Shown here: in pieces, positions 21,783-29,346 of the stretch
Layout of the letters: each line of letters opens with the position of its first letter
How positions within the stretch are numbered: position 1 is the first letter of the stretch
Source of the DNA: an uncultured Solirubrobacterales bacterium
GTDB lineage: Bacteria; Actinomycetota; Thermoleophilia; Solirubrobacterales; JBBDJG01
Direction: 5' to 3'
DNA: 64,000 nucleotides
Assembly (NCBI GenBank): GCA_963731895.1
Contig: CAVSXO010000007.1
Location: 324-64,323 of the forward strand
Made by a program: the position numbers and the translations under genes
The notes under the pieces: generated by a model
Databases searched by the model: none
What the model was told of the DNA's origin: nothing
The model's input: the letters and a program-made list of their open reading frames with translations, nothing else

Positions 21783-22383
21783 TCATGGCATGAGGCGCTG
21801 GATGTCCCACCCGGTGTCGGTGCGGGTGTAGCGGAAGCGGTCGTGGAGGCGGCTGGGCCGGCCCTGCCAGAACTCGATCTCGTCGGGCACGAGGCGGTAC
21901 CCGCCCCAGTGCGGCGGCCGGGGCACGGCGTCCGCCGTAGCGGGCCTCGGCCTCGGCCCACCGGCGTTCGAGGTCCTCGCGGTCGGCGATCGGCCCGGCT
22001 CTGGTCGGAGGCCCACGCGCCCCACTGGCTCCCGGGCGGTCGGCTCGCGAAGTAGGCGTCCGACTCGACCGCGTCGCACCTGGTGCACGGGGCCCACCAC
22101 CCGGACCTGGCGTTCGAGCTCGAGCCAGCCGAAGCACGAGCGCGGCCTGCGGGTTGGCGGCCAGCTCCTCACCCTTGCGGCTCTGGTAGTTGGTGAAGAA
22201 CACGAACCCGTCGTCGACGCCCTTGAGCAGCACGAAGCGGGCCGACGGGCGCCCGTCGCATCGGCGGTGGCGAGCGCCACGGCGGTCGGTTCCTTCGGGG
22301 ATGTCGCCTCCCAGTCGGCGAACCACGTGCGCGAACTGCTCGAACGGATCGGCCGCGAGATCGGCGCGCCGCAGGCCGTCCAC
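21783..22383 (-). CDS. pdxH: pyridoxamine 5'-phosphate oxidase; frame breaks
   Basis: GTG at 22383 lies 2 nt after the upstream stop. Conserved blocks are [52 protein letters not shown] and [30 protein letters not shown]...IQRLMP. Confidence 0.7.
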
Positions 22384-22385
22384 GG

Positions 22386-22704
22386 TCAGGGGTTCTCGAC
22401 CCTCGCGGCGATGTAGGTGAGGTGCTGCATCACGTCGGGGTCGGCGGCCATGCCGAAGGCCGACACGAGCGTGCCCCGCACGTTCGCTCTCGGGTAATGC
22501 AGGCCGAACACGACCATCTCGTCGCCCGGGTCGCTGTCGCCCTCGAACCGGTACATCCGCTCGACCACCGCCTCGTCGAGCCCGCACGGAAGTGTCGACG
22601 CCCGTGAAGCGCAGCACGCCGCCGTCGAGCAGGGTGACGGCTGGCGGCGTAGCCCTCGGCTCGAGCATGCGGGTGGCCTCGGTGACGGTGTCGGGCGCTT
22701 CCAT
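22386..22704 (-). CDS. hypothetical protein (~106 aa); one frame break
   Basis: RBS GGTGGAGGG precedes the ATG at 22704 ([17 protein letters not shown]...). One frame change occurs at ~22,590, followed by ...[21 protein letters not shown]...IAARVENP. I recognise no family. Confidence 0.4.
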
Positions 22705-22727
22705 GCCCTCCACCTTGCCACTCGGGC

Positions 22728-24833
22728 GTCAGAGATCGAGACCGAGCTGCCTGGCGGGGCGCTCGCCGGGCGGGCTCGGGCACGGCCACCGGGTGCTCGT
22801 GGCCGGTGAGGTGGGCGCTCTCCCGCGGCTCGGCGCTGCACCCGCCGGCCCGGCGGACCGCTGCGTGCACGATCGCCGCGACTCGCCGCTGGTCCGCCTT
22901 GGGCGCGTTGGCCCGCGGGTAGATGCGCTCGGTCCGCTCGGCCACGTCGGGATGGCTCGCCCGCAGCGACGCGAGGTAGTGCTCCTTCACGCCCGGGCGC
23001 AGGTGGAGCAGGATCGGCGAGATCGACACCGCGCCGGCCTCGACGCACGCCGTCGCCACCGCCTCGAGCTGGTCCGGCCGGTCGGAGAGCCCGGGCAGGA
23101 TCGGCGCGACGAGCACGCCGCACGGGATGCCGGCCTCGTTGAGCGTGGCGACCGCCTCGATCCGCCGGCGCGGGTGCGGCGTGCCGGGCTCGGTCGCCCG
23201 CCACACGTCGCTCGTCGAGCGTGCCGATCGAGAGGTTGGCCCGCACGTCGGTGCGCTCGCGGCCTCGACGAGCAGGTCGAGGTCGCGGAGGACGAGCGTG
23301 CGACTTGGTGAGGATCGAGAACGGGTTGCCGCGCTCGCCGAGCACCTCGATGATCCCGCGCGTCAGCCGGTACTTGCCCTCGGCGCGCTGGTACGGGTCG
23401 GTGTTCGTGCCCATCGCGATGTGGTGCCCGGCCCACCGGCGCGGCGAGCAGCTCGCCCGCAGCCGCTCCACCGCGTTGACCTTCACGACGATCTTCGGTC
23501 GAAGTCGCCGCCGGGTCGAGGCCCAGGTACTCGTGCGTCGGCCGAGCGAAGCAGTTGTGGCTCACCACGCCGTTGGCGATGAAGTCGCCGGTCCCGGTCG
23601 TGATGTCGTACATCGGGATCTCGATGCCGAGCGGCTCGACGGCGACGACCTGCCGCCGGCGCGTCGCTTCATGGCCCGCCCGAGGATCGTCCGCTTGCGG
23701 GCGTCGCCGGATCGACGGTGAGGAAGAACCGCAGCCGTCTCGGGGAGTCCGCCGAGGATGCGGACGTTGCGCACGCCGTTCGGCGTGGCAGGCTCCAGCA
23801 CCGAGCCGGAAGCTCGAGCCGTCGAGCGACGGTCGATCCAGTCGAGGATCTCCGGATCGCTGTTGCTGATCCGGATGACCTCGGCCCAGATGACCCTCGG
23901 CGTCGTAGATGCCGGCCAGGAAGCCCTTGGTCCAGCTCTCGCGAGCGCAAGCGGGCCACGCGATCAGCGACTCGATCGCCTCGACTGCCGCCGTGCCGGC
24001 GTGCGGATCGCCTGCATCGTCGCGTGGCGTCTCGGCCGCCGAGAAGTCGAACCGCGTCGCCTCGACACCGAAGTTCGCGAGGAACGCCTTGCGTTCGGTC
24101 GAGCGGCTCGAGGTCGTCGAGCGCGAGCCGGAACTGGTGCTGGACGTCCAGGTACGGCCGCTCGGCCGCTCGTACTCGGTGGCCGAGGTGGCCGTCGCCG
24201 CGGATCATCCCGCAGAGGTAGCCGCGGCGGTAGTCGTCGTCGATGCTTCGGCGGCTGCGGCGAAGCGCCCGATGCCGAGGAGCGCGTTGTTCGCGTGAGA
24301 TGCGGGCGCTGCGCGGGCCTGCTCGGTGCCGGTCACGTGCTTCCAGCCTCGCTCGGTGAGGAACCGGTGGTCGCCGCTGGCGATCAGCTCGGTGCCGTCC
24401 TCGAGCGTGACCCGGTAGGCGGCTTCGACGTCGCCCAGTGGTCGAGAACCGGCGTGGCCACGTAGCGGCGGTACCATCCGTCACGCGCTCGGTCCCGAAG
24501 ACGCGGTCGCCGACCCGCAGGTCGGCGATCGGCGATCCGCCCGTCGGCCATGAGCACCGGGGTATCGGGCGCCGCGCAGTACGTGCAGGCATGGCTGCAT
24601 CCTCGGTACGCGTTGATCGTGAAGCGGAACGGCAGGTGGCTGGCGGCGCCTTGACCTCGTTGATGATCCGGCGGGCCCGCACGTGGAGGAACTCCAGGCC
24701 GCGGTACTCGCCGGGGCCGGCCTGCCACCCCTCGGTGCGAAGAGACGAGCCCTGCGCCGAGGGTTCCTCGGCCCGGGTCCAGCGCAGGTGGGCCGGTCCG
24801 TGAAGTGGGGGGCGTGGTCGCGCCACGCGCCAC
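22728..24833 (-). CDS. Rv2578c/SplB-like radical SAM protein interrupted by an intein; many frame breaks
   Basis: The N-extein reads [19 protein letters not shown] ... [15 protein letters not shown]. The C-extein reads [13 protein letters not shown] ... [37 protein letters not shown] ... and ends [13 protein letters not shown] (stop at 22728). The start near 24833 is approximate. Confidence 0.8.
23554..24578 (-). mobile_element. intein with LAGLIDADG homing-endonuclease domain inside the radical SAM gene
   Basis: It starts at the Cys codon 24578-24576 ([13 protein letters not shown]) and has a block-B-like ASGDHRFLT. The LAGLIDADG motifs are [10 protein letters not shown] (~24,200) and [14 protein letters not shown] (~23,920). 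It ends [12 protein letters not shown] (Asn at 23556-23554), followed by the Cys+1 at 23553-23551. Confidence 0.8.
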
Positions 24834-24854
24834 TCTACGACGAACACCAGTTCG

Positions 24855-25005
24855 CTACGACAGCAGGTTCTTGGACATCCAGCCACTCCTTGGCCACGTC
24901 GGCGGGATCGTCCTTGTCGATGTTCGGTACGGGCGTTCCAGCTGATCAGGTCTTCCGTGGTCAGCTTCGATGACAGCTCGTTGATCGCATCGGTGAGGTC
25001 CAGCC
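24855..25005 (-). pseudogene. 3' fragment (last ~50 codons) of a glycine-betaine/proline-betaine-type ABC substrate-binding protein gene
   Basis: LDLTDAINELSSKLTTEDLISWNA, then after a frame change ...DKDDPADVAKEWLDVQEPAVVAN, with a TAG stop at 24857-24855. The 5' part of the gene is absent because the sequence switches to glpF at ~25,000. Confidence 0.55.
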
Positions 25006-25012
25006 GCCTACG
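24995..25012. other. breakpoint between the high-GC actinobacterial segment and the lower-GC exosortase segment
   Basis: The glpF frame loses homology after ...APIVGG. The substrate-binding-protein fragment starts in another frame within the same ~18 nt (GTAGGCGGCTGGACCTC on the minus strand). Composition, taxon markers and frame-break density all change here. Confidence 0.75.
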
Positions 25013-25713
25013 ATCGGCGCGACCACGGGAATCCAGGCGTAGCCCCAATCCGAATCGCGCTTCCCAGATATCGGAAGCAGGAAATGCGCGAGGCGAGGCC
25101 CGAGATCGCGTGCGGGATTGATCGCATAGCCGGTGGGCCCGCCCAGCGACAAACCAACACCAAGCACCAGACCGCCAAGCAACAGCGGCTGCAGTCCACT
25201 GCTGAAGACGACCGACAGATCGATGTCGCCCGGCGCCGCCAGCATCTGCGCGTTGGCCGCGATCGCGAGGACGGCAAACATGAATACGCCGGTCGCGATC
25301 GTCTCGGTCATGAAATTCGCCGCGGGGCGACGAATCGCCGGTCCTGTGCAAAAGACGGCGAGTTTGAGATTCGCGTCCTCGGTGACGGACCAGTGAGGCA
25401 GGTACATCAGCCAGACCAGCGTCGCTCCAATAACGGCACCACCCATTTGCGCCGCGATGTAGCCGGGCACATCGACCCACGGAAACGCACCGATCGACGC
25501 GAGCGCCACGGTGACCGCTGGATTGAGATGTGCGCCACTCAGTCGCCCGACCGCGTAAACCGCGATCATCACGGCAATCGCCCATCCGAAGGCGATGACG
25601 ATCCAGCCGCTCTTCTCACCCTTGGAACGGGCCAGCAGGACGTTGGCGACCACACCGTCGCCAAAGAGAATGAGCAATGCCATGCCAATCGCTTCAGCTG
25701 TGTAGTTGATCAT
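25005..25713 (-). CDS. glpF: aquaglyceroporin (MIP family), 3'-truncated at the breakpoint
   Basis: ATG at 25713 (MINYTAEAIGMALLILFGDG). The NPA boxes are HLNPAVT and AINPARD. It reads cleanly to ...WGYAWIPVVAPIVGG and then lacks the usual last ~20 residues. The written ORF runs on to 24961 through foreign sequence. Confidence 0.8.
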
Positions 25714-26279
25714 AGTGAGGCAGGTGGATTGAAGAGTTACCGGGGCTCGTGATGATAACGCCCGAGTTCTTCCCAATGAACTGTCGAGCACGGCAACCTC
25801 AACTGTAACGAGGGTGCGGGTGCAGGTGAGAGAGGCCGTTTTCCTCCGCGGATTCCACCGCGAAATCTCGCGGTCATCGATCGCGCCGCTCACGAGCGCA
25901 CGTGGCAACGAGACCTGCAGGGCAGACTGACCTCCGCCGCGGTCACCATTTGGACGCGGCAGTCGCGAGCACGAAGGCCCGCGGGCGTCAACTGGAACGA
26001 TGGAACAGGCCTACTGCTGCGCTTGTCGTCGCGTCGTTGTGCCTTTATTGTCTAGCTTCCTACACGCCGGGATTTCTCGCCCCTACGGCAGACTCAATTT
26101 CGTTATTGCGTAACATCGCGGAAAATTTGCGCGACGACAATCCACATCAGCTTACATATTGTTCCACCCACCGCCTCCTCCGGCATCAATACTGCACTAG
26201 AGCCGCCGACGCGAGCGCGGACTGGTCCGCCGCTCGCCTCACACATCGGGTGTGAATATGTCAGACAGTCAGTTGTCTC

Positions 26280-27386
26280 TTGCGGCTAAGTACTCCCGCT
26301 GTTCGATCGCTGTACCGGCAGATTGATCGGGCGGCGCGTTCCGACGCCAAGGTGCTCATCACCGGTGAAAGCGGAACGGGTAAAGAAGTCATGGCGCGTC
26401 TGATTCACGAACGCAGCCCAAGACGAACGTCTGCCCTCACGACCGTCAATTGTGCAGGCATCCCGGACTCGCTGCTCGAGTCGGAATTGTTTGGCTACCG
26501 TCGCGGCAGCTTTACAGGGGCTGTTCGAGACCGGCAGGGACTCCTCGAGAAAGCACATGGCGGAACGCTGTTCATGGACGAAGTGGGCGAGATGAGCGGG
26601 CGGATGCAGGGTCTGCTCCTGCGATTCCTTGAGACAGGTGAGATCCAGCCGCTCGGGAGTGAATCGGCGGGACGCCACGTGGACGTCCGCGTGATTGCCG
26701 CAACGAACCGCCAACTCGAACACGACGTCACATCGCAGTCGTTCCGTCTTGACCTGTACTACCGTCTCAAGGTCGTTCACGTTCACATCCCTCCCCTGCG
26801 GCAACGCCCAGACGACATTCTTCCGCTGCTCGATCACTTCATGACGTTGTACTGCGAGCGCTACCAGGTCCCGAAGCGAGAGCTGTCGGACCCGGTGGTC
26901 GACTGCCTCAGGAACTGCGCCTGGCCGGGAAACATCCGACAGCTGAAGAACGTTGCCGAGCGTCTGGTCGTGTGCGCCGAGGATGGGCCCATCACGGTTG
27001 ATGAGCTCCCACTCGACCTCCAGGAGCCGCTGTCCCACGAGGCCGACGATCGCCCGGCCGAACCGGCGCGCGTCGACGCGCTCTTCGATCGGATGATCAA
27101 CGGGGGCGAGTCGTTCTGGCTGGCCGTTTACGGACCGTTCATGCTGCGCGATCTTACGCGTGACGATGTAAGACTTATCGTCCGGAAGGGATTGCTCAAG
27201 AGCCACGGCAACTACATGCGAATGCTGCAGACGTTCAACATGCCTGCAGATGACTACAAACGCTTCCTGAACTTCCTGCGGAAGCACCAATGCCAGCTGA
27301 GCTTTCAGCCGTTCCGTTCTGATGCGCCGGTTCACCTCGCGCCGCCCATCGACCCTCAGCCTGCTCGATTGGCTGAGGCTGAGTAA
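26280..27386 (+). CDS. sigma54-dependent transcriptional activator without N-terminal sensory/receiver domain (paralogue 1)
   Basis: The AAA+ domain begins within ~10 residues of the N-terminus. It has Walker A GESGTGKE, GSFTGA (a GAFTGA-loop variant), Walker B TLFMDEVGE, VRVIAATN and LDLYYRLKVV. The C-terminal Fis-like HTH reads GNYMRMLQTFNMPADDYKRFLNFLRKH. The track start is TTG 26280. An ATG at 26258 is one base out of frame, so the true start is unresolved. Confidence 0.8.
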   Translation: MRLSTPAVRSLYRQIDRAARSDAKVLITGESGTGKEVMARLIHERSPRRTSALTTVNCAGIPDSLLESELFGYRRGSFTGAVRDRQGLLEKAHGGTLFMDEVGEMSGRMQGLLLRFLETGEIQPLGSESAGRHVDVRVIAATNRQLEHDVTSQSFRLDLYYRLKVVHVHIPPLRQRPDDILPLLDHFMTLYCERYQVPKRELSDPVVDCLRNCAWPGNIRQLKNVAERLVVCAEDGPITVDELPLDLQEPLSHEADDRPAEPARVDALFDRMINGGESFWLAVYGPFMLRDLTRDDVRLIVRKGLLKSHGNYMRMLQTFNMPADDYKRFLNFLRKHQCQLSFQPFRSDAPVHLAPPIDPQPARLAEAE

Positions 27387-27396
27387 CGACACCGTC

Positions 27397-27419
27397 GTCG
27401 CCGCCGGGCGCGACTTTTT
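27397..27419 (+). terminator. weak hairpin plus T5 after activator 1
   Basis: GTCGC-ccgccggg-GCGAC (5-bp stem) is followed by TTTTT and begins 11 nt after the stop at 27386. Confidence 0.25.
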
Positions 27420-27497
27420 CGAGCGCGACCGACCGATTCGGTCTGAATTCCGCGAAATCTTTCGGAAATCGACCGAACGAGCGGGTTCCGGTAGTGG

Positions 27498-27513
27498 TGG
27501 CGAACGGATTGCA
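27498..27513 (+). promoter_or_regulatory. candidate sigma54 (-24/-12) promoter upstream of activator 2
   Basis: TGGCGAACGGATTGCA gives GG-N10-GC with a TTGCA -12 element (consensus TGGCAC-N5-TTGCW). It lies 74 nt upstream of the ATG at 27587. The RBS GGAGG lies at 27573-27577. Confidence 0.45.
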
Positions 27514-27586
27514 GCAGCCGGTGAGCGCGCAAAGCACGCGCGCTCTTTCTCCGCAGCGTGGAGTACGCACCCGGAGGCCGTGTCCC

Positions 27587-28664
27587 ATGAGTGAGAAGCG
27601 AGGTCGAGAGTTGATCGGGAGCAGCCAGCAGATAAAGGCATTGCAGAACCAGGTCCGCCGGGTCGCGGCCAGCGATGCCAAGGTACTGATTACAGGCGAC
27701 AGTGGTGTAGGTAAAGAGCTCGTGGCGCACGCGCTTCACAGTGAGGGCACTCGCGCCAACCAGCGCTTTGTTCCGGTCAACTGCGCCGGCCTGCCCGAGA
27801 CGCTTCTGGAATCGGAGTTGTTCGGACACGTCAAAGGAAGCTTCACCGGCGCGTTCCGCGACCAGGCTGGCAAGCTCGAACAGGCCCATCTCGGCACGGT
27901 GTTCCTCGACGAGCTCGGTGAAATGACACCTCGTATGCAGTCGCTGCTGCTGCGGTTCCTGGAGACCGGGGAGTTGCAGAAGGTCGGTGGCGATCAGCTC
28001 GGGTCAAGGTGGATGTCCGCGTCATCGCGGCGACCAATCGCGACTGCGGGCCATGGTCCGACAGGGCACGTTCCGCGAGGACCTCTACTACCGAATCCGC
28101 GTCATCCATCTGCACGTACCTCCGTTGCGCGAACGGACGCAGGACATTCCTGAGCTCGTGGAGTATTTCCTGGCGCAGTTCACCGCGGGCACATCTCTGC
28201 TCACGCGCGGCATCTCTCCGGAGGCCATGGCGCTCCTCCTGCAACACACCTGGCCCGGCAACGTGCGCGAGCTCGAGAACGTGCTCGAACGCCTCGTCGT
28301 CACCGGTTCGCACGAGATGATCCAGGTCGACGAGCTTCCGCCAGAGATACTTCCTCAAGCCGAGCAACGACCGCTTGCCACCGCGTCCTCGATGACGGTC
28401 GCAGACGAGCTCTACAAGGAACTGACACAGGAAGGCAAGTGCTTCTGGACCTCGGTGTATCCGCTCTACATGCAGCGCGAGATCACTCGCGGCAACGTGC
28501 GCGACCTTGTACGCAAAGCGCTCGAAGAAACGTGCGGCAGCTATCGCGTCGTCACACGAATGTTCAATATGCAGGACGCCGATTACAAACGGTTTTTGAA
28601 TTTTCTACGCAAGCACGATTGTCAGGTTCCATACCGGAACTATCGTCTGCAGTCCCTGCAGTGA
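27587..28664 (+). CDS. sigma54-dependent transcriptional activator without N-terminal sensory/receiver domain (paralogue 2); two frame breaks
   Basis: MSEKRGRELIGSSQQIKALQNQV starts the protein, with Walker A GDSGVGKE, GSFTGA and TVFLDELGE. It breaks at ~28,005 (VDVRVIAATNRD lies in the frame of ORF 28009..28320). It breaks again at ~28,045 (LRAMVRQGTFREDLYYRIRVIHLHVPPLRER lies in the frame of ORF 27987..28664). The C-terminal end matches paralogue 1 (DADYKRFLNFLRKHDCQV). Confidence 0.8.
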
Positions 28665-28672
28665 GGCGCGCC

Positions 28673-29344
28673 ATGCCTACTCGTATCTTCCTGATCGCCG
28701 CGGGCCTGATGGTGATGACGCAGGCCTCACCCGCGTGGAGCCAGGACGCGTCCAGCACGCCCGCCACGACCGCGGCTCCGCCGCCTGCCGCGATGGCCGC
28801 GCCTCCATCCGCCGCGGCAGCAGCCGAAGCAGAGGCCGCGGTCACGAAGCCGTCGCAGCCGCGTGGTTACATCATCGGACCTGATGACATCCTGCAGATC
28901 GTCTTCTGGCGCGAGAAGGAGCTCTCTGGTGACGTGGTCGTGCGGCCGGATGGGCGGATCTCGCTGCCGTTGCTCAATGACGTCGTCGCCGCGGGGCGCA
29001 CACCGGAGGAATTGCGCACGACTCTGGCCCAAGAAGCGGCGAAGTATTTTGGCAATCCCAATCCCACGGTCGTCGTCAAAGAAATTCGCAGCCGGAAAGT
29101 CTTCATCACCGGAGCGGTGGAAAAGCCCGGGCCGTACATCGTGACCGCTCCAACGAGCGTGCTCCAGTTGATCTCGATGGCAGGTGGACTGAAGGAATAC
29201 GCGGACCAAAAGAACATCCTCGTCATGCGTACGATAGACGGAAAGCAGACCGGTTACGTGGTCGACTACCACAGCATCCTGCGGAGAGAAAACCTCGAAC
29301 AGAACTTCCTGCTGGTACCTGGCGATACCGTGTTGGTTCGCTGA
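28673..29344 (+). CDS. polysaccharide export protein (Wza/OPX-like, PEP-CTERM-locus type)
   Basis: ATG at 28673 within ORF 28439..29344. It has a signal peptide (LIAAGLMVMTQASPAWSQ) and an Ala/Pro-rich linker. The Poly_export motif is YIIGPDDILQIVFW...RPDGRISLPLL, followed by an SLBB-like VFITGAVEKPGPY. Confidence 0.8.
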   Translation: MPTRIFLIAAGLMVMTQASPAWSQDASSTPATTAAPPPAAMAAPPSAAAAAEAEAAVTKPSQPRGYIIGPDDILQIVFWREKELSGDVVVRPDGRISLPLLNDVVAAGRTPEELRTTLAQEAAKYFGNPNPTVVVKEIRSRKVFITGAVEKPGPYIVTAPTSVLQLISMAGGLKEYADQKNILVMRTIDGKQTGYVVDYHSILRRENLEQNFLLVPGDTVLVR

Positions 29345-29346
29345 AC

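Noticed and set aside
22987-23613. An ORF starting [11 protein letters not shown]... as an independent gene.
   Set aside because: It is the C-terminal intein block (…GVVSHN) followed by the C-extein of the radical SAM protein, not a separate gene.
5592-25000. Interpreting the densely frame-broken block as a decaying pseudogene island or a reductive-evolution tract.
   Set aside because: The breaks are single-nt indels with otherwise well preserved motifs, and I noticed no nonsense codons inside conserved blocks. They hit genes that are normally indispensable (dut, orn, xseAB, pdxH, ccdA). Technical indel error is the simpler explanation. Only read data can settle it.
24961-25010. A possible GlpF fusion protein with a novel C-terminal tail (WTSPMRSTSCHRS).
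   Set aside because: The tail is the out-of-frame translation of the betaine-binding-protein fragment beyond the breakpoint. It is a by-product of the join, not a domain.
23669-25585. A 638-aa minus-strand ORF spanning the intein, the radical SAM N-terminus, the betaine-binding-protein fragment and the antisense of glpF.
   Set aside because: It is a patchwork. Only short stretches coincide with real coding frames, and the part over 25,005-25,585 is out of frame with the clearly genuine glpF. It also crosses the breakpoint.
25903-25919. A sigma54 promoter-like TGGCAACGAGACCTGCA upstream of activator 1.
   Set aside because: The GG-to-GC spacing is 11 rather than 10 nt, and the -12 region lacks the TTGC context. 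It is kept only as a note because a single indel error could create or destroy the spacing.
25902-26255. A 117-aa ORF in the glpF/activator intergenic region.
   Set aside because: It has no RBS and no recognisable motif. Its composition resembles the surrounding non-coding DNA. It is probably spurious.
24800-26300. A horizontally acquired genomic island boundary (integrase, tRNA, IS element or direct repeats) at the compositional switch.
   Set aside because: I found no integrase, transposase, tRNA-like sequence or flanking repeat. Both abutting genes are truncated in mid-domain. That points to a chimeric join rather than site-specific integration.
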